Virus record (IMG/VR): IMGVR_UViG_3300032805_000001
Location: 1 to 64,000 of that record
Reading direction: 5' to 3' (one strand)
Source of the DNA: a virus
DNA length: 64,000 nucleotides
The notes below the pieces were generated by a model that did not search any database, was not told where the DNA came from, and worked only from the letters and a program-made list of their open reading frames with translations. This document shows positions 34,066 to 43,412 of the stretch, piece after piece. Both the position numbers and the translations under genes were made by a program. The stretch's first letter is position 1; every line of letters starts with the position of its first letter.

Positions 34066-35010
34066 GTGTCCCTGCTGTATCCGGCCGGGCAAACGCCCTA
34101 TTGCACGCCAAACGAGCTCATAGCCGCCCCCACGGGTATCTCCTGGTCCACGATCCCGCCGTATAAGGGGACGACCCCGGCGCAGAATGTGGCCGAGCAG
34201 CTCAACATGCTGATGCGGGCGACCGCGCAATGCGATTTGTACACGAATCAGGTCCTCCGGGCGACTCTCGACACGGAGCAGATCAGCGGCCCTGACTTCC
34301 GGGTGACGATCCAGACCGGCTCACAGAACGGCCGGGTGATCTTGTCCCGCTGGCCGATCCTGTCGATCACCCAGATCCAGGTCGCGCCGAATAACATGTT
34401 CCCGCGCCAGTGGACGACCCTGCCAGCCGGGTACTACGACATCGAGCATCCGGTGATCGGCGTGTACGGGTCGATTGCCCCTTCGGACTCGGGGGATGGC
34501 GGCCAGTCGATCGTTATCTCACCGGGGTACGTGAACTGGGCGAATGGCCGCAATGGTGTCCTTTTGCGTGTCTCGTACGTCAATGGATGGCCGCACTGTT
34601 CCCTGACCGGGAATGTCGCTGCTGGTGCTATGACTATTCCGGTTGATGACTGCACCGGGTGGGCGATCACCGGGGAGTTCGGGGTTACGGGTGCGGCGGG
34701 GACGATCTATGACAGCGGCCAGCAGGAAGGCGTGCAGGTCACTGCGGCGTCGGCGACGTCGGGGCCGGGGACGCTGACGCTTTCGTCGGCGCTCACGTTC
34801 GGGCATGCCGCGGGGGTGATGGTGACGTCGCTGCCGCAGTCGGTGATCTGGGCGACGATCCTGTTCGCCTCGGCGCAGGCTCTTACCCGTGGTTCCACGT
34901 CGACGACGGTCCACAACATTCCCGGGACGGGGGCGAGCGGGGAGAAAAGCGCCGCGGACCTCATCGGGGACGCTGAGATGCTGCTGCATCCGTTGCGCAG
35001 GACGATCTAG
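34066..35010 (+). CDS. Head-to-tail adaptor
   Basis: PYCT..EL...RAT...D.Y.NQ.L, ILSRWPILSI, YVNGW, C-terminal LLHPLRR; position after capsid genes. Confidence 0.7.
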   Translation: MSLLYPAGQTPYCTPNELIAAPTGISWSTIPPYKGTTPAQNVAEQLNMLMRATAQCDLYTNQVLRATLDTEQISGPDFRVTIQTGSQNGRVILSRWPILSITQIQVAPNNMFPRQWTTLPAGYYDIEHPVIGVYGSIAPSDSGDGGQSIVISPGYVNWANGRNGVLLRVSYVNGWPHCSLTGNVAAGAMTIPVDDCTGWAITGEFGVTGAAGTIYDSGQQEGVQVTAASATSGPGTLTLSSALTFGHAAGVMVTSLPQSVIWATILFASAQALTRGSTSTTVHNIPGTGASGEKSAADLIGDAEMLLHPLRRTI

Positions 35011-35021
35011 GAGGCGCCGCG

Positions 35022-35204
35022 ATGGCTTCCCGCAGGGCGATGCATAACGCTGGCCGCCGGAACCACTATGCGGCACGCCGCGCCGCGCACATTAAGGCCC
35101 GGCATTCGGCGCCTGGGTGCTGCGGGGCCATGGGTGGCGGCGGCGGGGGCAGCAAGACCGCTGTGCCGCCGGCGGCGGCACAGTCGCCGCAGACAGCCAG
35201 GTAA
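35022..35204 (+). CDS. Small basic hypothetical protein
   Basis: AGGAGG RBS; 60 aa. Confidence 0.4.
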   Translation: MASRRAMHNAGRRNHYAARRAAHIKARHSAPGCCGAMGGGGGGSKTAVPPAAAQSPQTAR

Positions 35205-35208
35205 CACA

Positions 35209-35724
35209 GTGTCTTTGAACACGGCTCAATTGTTCATCCAGTCCTTGCTTGATGACTTGCCGCTGCCCGGTGACGCCACCCCGAACCTGTCCGCCGTCAT
35301 CACCCCTCCGGACCCGAACGTTCAGGCTGAGGCGCCGACCGCCTACATCTGGCCCACCCGCGGTGTTGAGTCCCGTAACCCGGCGCTGGGCGGCACGATC
35401 CCCCGTAACACCGGGCCGGGTACTCCGTCGGGGCTGAAACCGCTCGAGCACAGCCTGGAGATTTTCCTCGTCTACTTCGGGCAGAACGACGACACTGAAG
35501 CGGACACCTTGTTCCCGGGGATCATCGAAGCGGTCATGCAGGCGCTGCGGACGTCCCCGAACCCGGCGCAGCAGCAGGACCCGTACTCGGGTGTGGTGTC
35601 CACATTCGTCGACGTCGGCGAGCAAATGACGTGGGAAGTGGTCATCAACGCTGTCGAGAACCAGGCGTACAACCGGTACGACTGTCTTCTGACCTGCAAG
35701 ATGTTCGAGCTGATCTTCGCCTAG
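35209..35724 (+). CDS. Putative tail terminator/completion protein
   Basis: GTG 35209; acidic 171 aa protein just before the tail tube gene. Confidence 0.55.
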   Translation: MSLNTAQLFIQSLLDDLPLPGDATPNLSAVITPPDPNVQAEAPTAYIWPTRGVESRNPALGGTIPRNTGPGTPSGLKPLEHSLEIFLVYFGQNDDTEADTLFPGIIEAVMQALRTSPNPAQQQDPYSGVVSTFVDVGEQMTWEVVINAVENQAYNRYDCLLTCKMFELIFA

Positions 35725-35730
35725 CGGCCA

Positions 35731-36048
35731 TTATTCAAGCCAGCGGTCGCGATCGGGGAGCGCCACGAACCTCGCGTTTTGCCATCCCTGGTCCGTGCCG
35801 GGTGCATGGAGCGGCTCAACAACCTGCCGGTCACCCTCAATACGGACAAGGCGCCCAATGCTGTCCGGGTCAAAGCGATCCGGCCTCATGCCGCCCCATC
35901 GCGAAACCTCTAGCACGAGGTCACCCGGTTGCGGGTTCCGCATGCGTTCCCCAAGTTCCTTGATGACCGGCGGTGCATTGCCGATCAGCGTGGCCCTGTA
36001 CAACTCGCGCCCGATGATCGCCAGCAGGTAGACATCCTCGCCTGTCAT
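35731..36048 (-). CDS. Hypothetical protein (reverse-strand insert)
   Basis: TACGGT 6 nt before ATG (leaderless). Confidence 0.6.
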   Translation of the reverse strand: MTGEDVYLLAIIGRELYRATLIGNAPPVIKELGERMRNPQPGDLVLEVSRWGGMRPDRFDPDSIGRLVRIEGDRQVVEPLHAPGTDQGWQNARFVALPDRDRWLE

Positions 36049-36076
36049 GCGCTGACCGTACCGAATGTCTCAGACC

Positions 36077-36099
36077 GCCCCGCCCGGTGCGGGGTTTTT
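36077..36099 (+). terminator. Intrinsic terminator
   Basis: GCCCCGC-CCGGT-GCGGGGT then TTTT. Confidence 0.65.
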
Positions 36100-36116
36100 C
36101 ATGCCCGGAGGCGCGC

Positions 36117-36419
36117 ATGCTCTGCACCTACACCGGCAGTGACAGCCGGATGTATCTCGACTACCGGGACGCCTTCACGGGCCGGTCGCTGGAGGCCGCC
36201 CCCGGCGGCACCTACGACATCGAGGTCGCCTCCGGGCAGCCTGGCAGCCTCCCGCTGCCTCCTGGTGACGGCCGCTGGCTTGCCGCAGCCGAGGGCGTGC
36301 CTGGGGCTCCGGCGGCCCCGCCGTGGCCGCCTGCTCCTGTTCCTGCGGCCGAGCCTGAACCGGTCGCGCCTGTCACACCCGAAGAGGCCGGCGACCGCCC
36401 GGCAGATGAGGAGAGCTAA
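36117..36419 (+). CDS. Small hypothetical protein preceding tail tube
   Basis: GGAGG RBS, ATG 36117. Confidence 0.55.
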   Translation: MLCTYTGSDSRMYLDYRDAFTGRSLEAAPGGTYDIEVASGQPGSLPLPPGDGRWLAAAEGVPGAPAAPPWPPAPVPAAEPEPVAPVTPEEAGDRPADEES

Positions 36420-36421
36420 CC

Positions 36422-37702
36422 ATGGCACTCGGTGGCCCTTCCGTTGCGCCATCCACTAGGTCCTGGCTCGGGGTCGCCCGCGAGCTCACTGTCGGCAAAG
36501 TTGTCGCGCCGACGAACACGATTCCCATGGATCCGAAGTCGTACTCACCGGAGGACACCCCGAAGTTCCTCCCGGATGAGGCGATCCGCGGCAGCATGGC
36601 CATGTTGTACGAGGACATCATCGGCCCTGCTGATGCCACGTTTTCTTTCGGCGGTCCCGCGTTCCTTGACACGCACGGGTTTTTCCTTGACAACATTTTC
36701 GGGGACTTGTCGACGACTGGCACTGTGTCGGCGGGTACGTCGACGTCGTTTTCTGGTTCCCCGGCGGTGGGAGCGACCGCGATCACGGTGGGGAACGGGA
36801 CTGCGTTCACTGTCGGGCAGACCGTGCAGATCGACTCTGGGTCGATCGCTGAGGTGGTGACGCTGGATGCGACAGCTTCCACTGGTCTTGGTTTCGGCAG
36901 TAACCCGCTCCGGTTCGCGCATGGCGCGTCGGGGACTGTGTTCACGGTCGTGGCCCCGTTCACGCACACGTTCGCGCTGCTCAACTCCCAGTTGGGCTAC
37001 GGGGGAGTGCCTGGTGCGCAGCCGCCCACACTGACCCTCACGGACAACACGGGCCTGAACTACGGCGGCACGCCGGGCACGAACACCTCCTATGCACGTG
37101 CCTATCCCAGCGCATGCGTGTCCGCCGTCGACATCAGCGGCAACGTCGAGCAGCTCCTGGATTTCAAGGTGACGGGGAACTCGTGGGTGTCGATCCCGGC
37201 GCCGGCGACCCCGACGAACACGATTTCCAGCGTCATCCCACAGGCGAACTGGAAGTCGCAGCTTTACGTCGGGGGAACCACCCCCTCGAACCTGATCACT
37301 ACGAACGGTGAATGGGCTGTCAACCTGAAGCGCCAGTTGCAGGTGTACTGGACGTCGCAGGGGACGATTTCGCCGTTCGTTATCGCGCGTGGCCCGCTCA
37401 GCGCAACGCTGTCGATGAAGTTCACGGCACCGGCGGATGAGACTCCGCTGAGCTACATGCTGTATCAGGGTCCTCTGTGGGTTCACATCAACCTGAACAG
37501 CGGAAACACGGGCGGTACGAGCTTGTCGATGACGATCGACGCGAACAATGTGCAGTTCACGAAGAGCAAGATCGGCAGGAGTGCCGTGCTGGTCGATTTC
37601 GACGATACGGCCGAATGTATCGCCAACACAGTCAACACGGGTGGCACCGGCGGTCTCGGCCCGGTCCGGGTTCAGCTTGTTAATGCGCAACCCACGTATT
37701 AA
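36422..37702 (+). CDS. Major tail (tube) protein
   Basis: WLGVARE..G....PT..IP, DE.IRGS, FTHTF, C-terminal VQLVNA..TY; upstream of chaperones and tape measure. Confidence 0.8.
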   Translation: MALGGPSVAPSTRSWLGVARELTVGKVVAPTNTIPMDPKSYSPEDTPKFLPDEAIRGSMAMLYEDIIGPADATFSFGGPAFLDTHGFFLDNIFGDLSTTGTVSAGTSTSFSGSPAVGATAITVGNGTAFTVGQTVQIDSGSIAEVVTLDATASTGLGFGSNPLRFAHGASGTVFTVVAPFTHTFALLNSQLGYGGVPGAQPPTLTLTDNTGLNYGGTPGTNTSYARAYPSACVSAVDISGNVEQLLDFKVTGNSWVSIPAPATPTNTISSVIPQANWKSQLYVGGTTPSNLITTNGEWAVNLKRQLQVYWTSQGTISPFVIARGPLSATLSMKFTAPADETPLSYMLYQGPLWVHINLNSGNTGGTSLSMTIDANNVQFTKSKIGRSAVLVDFDDTAECIANTVNTGGTGGLGPVRVQLVNAQPTY

Positions 37703-37740
37703 CAAGTTCTGCACGCTTCTATTGAATTGGAGGCCCCTCG

Positions 37741-38139
37741 TTGGGCAATGAATTGACCGGCGACACGTGGCGTATCGAACTGCCGTCCGGTGGATGGGTC
37801 CAGGTCCGTTCCCGGATGACGGTCGAGGATCAGCGTGCGGTGCAGGGCGCCGTCGACGTCGAGGTGCACAGCGATGGGCAGGGCAATAACGTTGCCCGTC
37901 TCCCCGGGGATCATCAGATGGCCCGCCGGGCGGCCCTGCTGCACCGGATCATCACCGGCTGGTCGTATGCGGAGCAGGGCATTCCGGTCCCGTCGCAGAA
38001 CGTCGCGGGCCCGGACACGGTGGAGTCAGTCCTGTCCGACCTGGATGACATGGCCGCGGTCGATGAGGCGATCGCGCCGCTGATGGAGAAGGTGAACCCG
38101 AGCCGCCGCCCAAATTCGACGAGGCCGTCTCCCGCCTGA
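37741..38139 (+). CDS. Tail assembly chaperone (G)
   Basis: Between tail tube and tape measure; ITGWSY motif; slippery site near its end. Confidence 0.75.
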   Translation: MGNELTGDTWRIELPSGGWVQVRSRMTVEDQRAVQGAVDVEVHSDGQGNNVARLPGDHQMARRAALLHRIITGWSYAEQGIPVPSQNVAGPDTVESVLSDLDDMAAVDEAIAPLMEKVNPSRRPNSTRPSPA

Positions 38140-38363
38140 CCGCCTACCTCTACAGCCATGGGAAGACCGGGGCCCCGCCGGAGGGGATGCCGGCGGATGC
38201 GCTGCTGGATGAGTGGTTCGCGGACACGTACGGGTATACGCCGGCGGAGATCGCGGAGATGCCTTTGGAGGCGTATCAGTGGTTCCCGGTGATCCGCCGG
38301 GCGCATAACGAGGCGGCGTCGCTGCGGCACCGGCAGGAGCAGCGGATGCAGGGCCGGGGGTGA
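38109..38363 (+). CDS. Tail assembly chaperone extension (T) via -1 frameshift at C CCA AAT (38109-38115)
   Basis: X XXY YYZ heptamer; the -1 frame reads PKFDEAV...WFADTYGYTPAEIAEMP...GRG*. Confidence 0.75.
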   Translation, partial: PKFDEAVSRLTAYLYSHGKTGAPPEGMPADALLDEWFADTYGYTPAEIAEMPLEAYQWFPVIRRAHNEAASLRHRQEQRMQGRG

Positions 38364-38366
38364 GCG

Positions 38367-38855
38367 GTGACCCCTGATGAACTGCCGGGTTTTCTTGCCG
38401 GGTTCCGGGATCGGGTGATGGCGACGCCGGGGCCGTGCGCTAAGGCGATGGCGGATGAGTATAAGACGCATCTGACGCGGGTGACGTTGCAGCGGTATCA
38501 CTCGGCTCCGGGCCAGTTCGGTACTCCGTCGCCGGCGTTTGAGGGGCCTGTGGCGTCCCGTACGGGGCGGCTGGCCGCGTCGGTGACGGCGTGGGGCGGC
38601 GCGTCGGATGGGGCGGTGGGGACGGCTTTCGTGGCGCCGCACACGATCTATGCGGTGACGCAGGAGTGGGGGGAGGTTCACTTCGCGCGGACCCGTCACC
38701 TCATGCACTGGACGAACTCCGGTGGCTCCTGGTGGAAGAAGCGGGTCGATATCCCGGAACGCCCGTACATGCGTACTGCCACGAAGGAGACCGTCGCGGA
38801 CGGGTCGCTGACGCGGGCGGCGATAGACATGTTTGTCTCGATCGTGGGGTTCTAA
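38367..38855 (+). CDS. HK97 gp10-like neck/tail-completion protein
   Basis: RTGRLAASV...YAVTQEWG...IPERPYMR. Confidence 0.7.
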   Translation: MTPDELPGFLAGFRDRVMATPGPCAKAMADEYKTHLTRVTLQRYHSAPGQFGTPSPAFEGPVASRTGRLAASVTAWGGASDGAVGTAFVAPHTIYAVTQEWGEVHFARTRHLMHWTNSGGSWWKKRVDIPERPYMRTATKETVADGSLTRAAIDMFVSIVGF

Positions 38856-39844
38856 TGGCGGCGCTCCGCGTAGGCGCGGTTGGAGCAGTTCTTAGAGCAG
38901 TACACGTTCTGGACTGTTCGCGGGACAAACATGGTTCCGCACTGCTTACACGGCGTCGTGCCCTCGCCGTTTTCGAGCGCCTGGACGCGAGCTTGCCTGC
39001 TCAGTTTGTCGTAGCAAGAACTGGAGCAGCACTTTATGTCGGAGCGGCAACCCCGGAATGTAGTGCCGCAGAACTGGCAGGTTAGTTCCCAGGAGTTTTC
39101 GGCCCGGGGTTTCCGGGGCTGCTTCATGCGCTCGCGCACCTCATCCTTGGCTCGCGCGAGGTTGTCGGCGATGCGGCGCAGCCGGCCCGGGTCATCTAGG
39201 GCTATGCCGATGAGGCGGTTGCATTCTTTGCAGGCCAGCCCGCGACGGCATCTCTCGCATGATTTGGCCAGCGGACAGCATGCATGGTCGTGGTCCAGGT
39301 GGATCGCCTTGGGTACGTCTCGCTTCAGGTCGTCGCCACACAGGTAGCACTTGCCGCCCTGAGCTTCCCAGAATGCCCGAAACAGGCTCTCCCAGTTGAT
39401 CCCGTGCTGGTGTAGGTACTTGTTGCCGAGATCCTGAGAGCGCCGTTCCTTGGCGCGCGCTAGGATGCGCTCGCGGTTGTCTCGGTAGTACTGGCGCTTC
39501 TCGGCCCGCCGAGCCGCCGCCCCTTCTGGATCGGCACTGACCTTCGCGTAGCGTTCCCGCTTCTCGGCTCGGACGCGATCACCGTGTTTCGCTTCATAGC
39601 GGCGTTCAATCTCACGGCGGCTGGCGCGATTCTCCCGCGCCCAGCGAGCATGCACCTCGCGCTGCCGATCTTGATTTTCCCGGTTATAGAACCGGCGATG
39701 ACAGTCGCCTGTGCAGAATCGCGCGTCGCTCCTTTTGGCGGTAAACGTCTGCCCGCACTCGGCGCACGTCTTCTCGTATGAAGTTCGCAGGACGTGCGTG
39801 TGACGTCCGCATTTGCATCCTGGGGGGCATCCTCTTCTGGCCAT
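38852..39844 (-). CDS. Endonuclease VII-type homing endonuclease with CxxC DNA-binding modules
   Basis: QGGKCYLCG...LDHDH...RGLACKECN..IG; three CxxCG..F...C motifs; TATACT just upstream of ATG 39844. Confidence 0.85.
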   Translation of the reverse strand: MARRGCPPGCKCGRHTHVLRTSYEKTCAECGQTFTAKRSDARFCTGDCHRRFYNRENQDRQREVHARWARENRASRREIERRYEAKHGDRVRAEKRERYAKVSADPEGAAARRAEKRQYYRDNRERILARAKERRSQDLGNKYLHQHGINWESLFRAFWEAQGGKCYLCGDDLKRDVPKAIHLDHDHACCPLAKSCERCRRGLACKECNRLIGIALDDPGRLRRIADNLARAKDEVRERMKQPRKPRAENSWELTCQFCGTTFRGCRSDIKCCSSSCYDKLSRQARVQALENGEGTTPCKQCGTMFVPRTVQNVYCSKNCSNRAYAERRH

Positions 39845-39874
39845 CACTAAGTATAGCTGATTGTCAGGAGGAAA

Positions 39875-42800
39875 ATGGAACTTCCTGAGGTCACGCAGCG
39901 CTTCGACGCCGACGTGTCTGGCTACCTGGCCGGCATTGAGGAAATGATCGCCGCGACGGACCAGTTCCGCGAGTCCGTCGACGCGGCCCTCGTGTCTGTC
40001 GAGGCGCTGCACGCGGCTATTGATGACCTGCCCACCGAGAAGACGATCCACATCAACCTGGAGACGTCTGGGGTTCCGGCTGCTGCTGCGGCTGGGGCGG
40101 GCGCTGGTGCCCCGGACACTGCGGGGATGGCCGCTGAGGCGGCTGCTACTGAGGCGGCCGGGGCTGCCGCCGACGACGCGGATGCGAAGTTCCGCGGGCT
40201 ATCGGAGGCGGAGGATGCTGCGGCGGCTGCGGCGGCCCGGGATGCTGCTGCATTGTCCGCGGAGGCGGCTGCGGCCCATGAGGCGGGGGATGCGGCCGAT
40301 GGGACCGCTGCCTCGCTTGGGCGTATAGGTGAAACCGTCGGTGAGGCTACCATTCCCCTCGCCATGGCTGGTGATGCCGCCCGGGAGGTTGGTATCGGCC
40401 TGGAGGAGGCCGGGGGTGATGCTGAGCGGACAGCCGCCGGTTTCGGCTTGCTCGGTGCCGCTGCTGCCGGGATCGTCAACGGGTTTGCCCGGGTTGAGGA
40501 GACCTGGAAGAACACGAATGTCGTGTGGGGCCTGTCGCTGAATGCCCTGCACTGGATCGTCATGGGCTCGATGGAGGTGCTGGCGGTCGCGGTGCCGGCC
40601 CTGGTCGCGTTCGGCGCCGCCTCCCTGGTCGCTATGCAGGGGGTGCAGGAGACCGGGAACCGGCTTGAGGCCAGTTACACCACCACTGAAGCGCTTGGGG
40701 ATGCGTTTAACACGACCGGTGGTGAGGCGCTCGGCCTGAAAGGGAACCTTCAGGCCGCCCAGGATGCCGCTGACCCGCAGATCTGGGAACTGCTCGGGGC
40801 TGGGCTCAGGATTGTCGGAGAGCAGTCCCAGGGTTTCGTCACCATGGGCAGCCAGGTGATCGGTGTCCTGGACCGGTTCGCGGCGGAACTGACCGTGGAG
40901 CTTAACCCGAAGCTGAGCAGTTTTGCTGGCCAGCTTGACGGCATTGCTTCTAAAGGCGTCTCAGATCTGACTGCGTTCGGGCAGGCGTTCGGTAATCTCG
41001 GTCATTTCATCGTGAATCTCGCGTCGGAGATGCCGGGGCTGGCGGAGGTGCTGCTGGGGGCGGTCGCCGGGTTCACGAAGCTGCTGGCGGTCCTGACCAA
41101 CCCGGCGTGGTACAACTTCGGCGGCAATCTTGTCAGCGTCGCGATGGGCATCGAGGAGGCGTGGCGGTGGGGTGGGCTGCTGTCGAATGTGCTGGGTTCG
41201 ATGCTCGGAAAATTTGCCAACCTGGTCATGGGCATCGGGGGTTTCGTCGGGAAGATTGGCGCACTCGGCAGTGCGGGTACGGCTGCTGCCACTGCCATGG
41301 AAACCATGGGTGGTGGTATCGCTACTGCCGCCGAGGCGCTGTCCGGTCCGTGGGGCTGGGTAATCATGGGGGCTGTGGCGGGGCTGGCGCTGCTCACCAT
41401 CAAGCTGGCAACTACCCGGACTGCCGCGCAGCAGTTCGCTGATGGTCTCCAGAATGCCGTCAATTCATCTGATATGACTGATGCGTTCACGAAGATCGGG
41501 GGAGACCTTACCCAGCTTCAGGGCAAGATGCAGCAGACTGGTGTGGCCGCTGACCATACCGCGACGCTGGTGACGGCTTCCGGTTCGTCGTTTAAGGGGC
41601 TCGGCGCCTCGGTCGGCACGGCCATTGAGGCGTATAACGCATATTCAGGTACGTCCAGCACCATGATAAAGCAGTCTGTTGGCTTGATTGATGCTGGGGA
41701 GAAAATCTCAAGTCAGTTCAAGATCAGTCTTCCCGCGGCGTTTGAGGCTGCCGACATGGCTGGCGTCAAGGTCGGCACCATGTTCCAGAAGAACGGGCAG
41801 ATCAGCGCCGTCGCCCTTCAGCAGATCCAGAACTTTATCGACGGCTATAGGGTTATGAGCGGTAATGCCACCGCTCTTGGTAACAATATCAACGCCGTGA
41901 ACGTGCAACTCGGCTTGCAGAACACTAAGGTCGGTCAGCTCAATCAGGCGTGGGATCAGTTCACCGCCAACGCGACCGGCGGTACCTCGGCCTGGGCCGC
42001 CTTTAATAATGATCTTCAGCAGATGGGTGACACTGCTGGTGTTGTCGGCAATAAAATTACGGCTTTCAGTGGTAAGACTGCAATAGGCGTTAAGGAGATA
42101 AGTCAGGCTCTGACGTCATTTAGTGGTACATCAGCGCAGGTGTGGCAGAGCTTTGATGCCTCCATTACGCAGGCGAACACGAACCTGGACTGGTGGCGGA
42201 CTGCGGCGGCGTCGGGGGCGGCAAGCGGGAAACAGCTCACGGAGGCGACCGCTACTACGGCTGGGGCGTTCCTGCCGTACGTCAAGAACAGCCAGTCGGC
42301 GCTTGCGGAAACGATGATGCTCGCGCAGCAGCAAGGCGGCCCAGCTTACAATTCCTCGAAGTCGCTGGCGCAGAACTATCAGGCGCTGAGCGGCTGGGTG
42401 CAGCAAAACAGTGTCTCGCAGAATCAGTACAACGGCATGCTTGCTCAGGCGACCACTGCTTTGTCTAATGTGAATCAGCAGGCGCAGCAGTTCAGCCAGA
42501 CGCTGCGTGGTGATGTGTCTCAGGCTATTATCACGGGTTCCGGTGCGCTTGCCACCGTCACGAAAGACACTCAGAGCTTCAGTACGGCGCTGAAGAATAA
42601 TGTCCCGCAGTCAGATGCTGTCTCAAGTGCTGTTAAAACTCTTACGGGCGATCTGGTGCGGAACGGCTATGATGCGCAATCCGCTGGCTCTATGATCTAT
42701 CAGCTAGGCGTCCAGCAGGGTCTCACGAAGGGCCAGGCGTACACGCTGGAACAGCAGGCTATCCGGACGGCGAATGCGCTGATTCAGACCGGGAATGCGG

Positions 42801-43330
42801 CGACCCAGGCCGGCGGAAAGGCGAATGCGGCCGCAGGTGAGTTCAGCAACAGCGCCGCGCAGCTATGGCGTATGGTTGATGCGGCGAATGCCGCCGCCGG
42901 CGCGATCAACGCGATCCCCACGTCAAAGACAACCAACTACTACGTCAACACCGACTACGCGCATATTGGTGCGGCGGGTGGCTTTTCCTCGGGTGGCCGG
43001 ATTCCTGGCTATGGCGGGGGAGATGTGCATCCGGCTCTGCTGGAAGGCGGGGAGACGGTTGTCCCGAAGGAACTGACCCCGGCGGTGGCGCCACTGATGC
43101 GCGCTCATGGTATTCCTGGGTTTGCTGGCGGCGGGATCATGGGTTCCGATGGTGGTTACGTCAGCCATGCCGGGTTCGGCGGCGGCGGCGGTGCCCAGCC
43201 GTTGCACATTCACCTGGAATTGAACGGTAACGAGATCGCCAGCGCGCTCATACCGTCCCTGACCAGCGCGAGCGGCAAGTATTCGGTGCGTAATTCTGGG
43301 AAGGCCACGGGTATCTGGCGTCCCGTCTGA
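39875..43330 (+). CDS. Tape measure protein
   Basis: 1151 aa Ala/Gly-rich helical protein; AGGAGG RBS; C-terminal SGG.IPG.GG.D..PALL..GE.V motif. Confidence 0.9.
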   Translation: MELPEVTQRFDADVSGYLAGIEEMIAATDQFRESVDAALVSVEALHAAIDDLPTEKTIHINLETSGVPAAAAAGAGAGAPDTAGMAAEAAATEAAGAAADDADAKFRGLSEAEDAAAAAAARDAAALSAEAAAAHEAGDAADGTAASLGRIGETVGEATIPLAMAGDAAREVGIGLEEAGGDAERTAAGFGLLGAAAAGIVNGFARVEETWKNTNVVWGLSLNALHWIVMGSMEVLAVAVPALVAFGAASLVAMQGVQETGNRLEASYTTTEALGDAFNTTGGEALGLKGNLQAAQDAADPQIWELLGAGLRIVGEQSQGFVTMGSQVIGVLDRFAAELTVELNPKLSSFAGQLDGIASKGVSDLTAFGQAFGNLGHFIVNLASEMPGLAEVLLGAVAGFTKLLAVLTNPAWYNFGGNLVSVAMGIEEAWRWGGLLSNVLGSMLGKFANLVMGIGGFVGKIGALGSAGTAAATAMETMGGGIATAAEALSGPWGWVIMGAVAGLALLTIKLATTRTAAQQFADGLQNAVNSSDMTDAFTKIGGDLTQLQGKMQQTGVAADHTATLVTASGSSFKGLGASVGTAIEAYNAYSGTSSTMIKQSVGLIDAGEKISSQFKISLPAAFEAADMAGVKVGTMFQKNGQISAVALQQIQNFIDGYRVMSGNATALGNNINAVNVQLGLQNTKVGQLNQAWDQFTANATGGTSAWAAFNNDLQQMGDTAGVVGNKITAFSGKTAIGVKEISQALTSFSGTSAQVWQSFDASITQANTNLDWWRTAAASGAASGKQLTEATATTAGAFLPYVKNSQSALAETMMLAQQQGGPAYNSSKSLAQNYQALSGWVQQNSVSQNQYNGMLAQATTALSNVNQQAQQFSQTLRGDVSQAIITGSGALATVTKDTQSFSTALKNNVPQSDAVSSAVKTLTGDLVRNGYDAQSAGSMIYQLGVQQGLTKGQAYTLEQQAIRTANALIQTGNAATQAGGKANAAAGEFSNSAAQLWRMVDAANAAAGAINAIPTSKTTNYYVNTDYAHIGAAGGFSSGGRIPGYGGGDVHPALLEGGETVVPKELTPAVAPLMRAHGIPGFAGGGIMGSDGGYVSHAGFGGGGGAQPLHIHLELNGNEIASALIPSLTSASGKYSVRNSGKATGIWRPV

Positions 43331-43412
43331 TCTGGGCCTGTCCGCGGGAATCTCCCGTCCTCCTCTTGTATGCGGGTTACCTGCCGCACTGTGACCTTCC
43401 CCGGGGGTGTGT

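Noticed and set aside
9021-36106. TTTTCATGCCC motif after terminators at 9021 and 36096
   Set aside because: Only two exact copies, both part of terminator tails; not enough to call a regulatory element.
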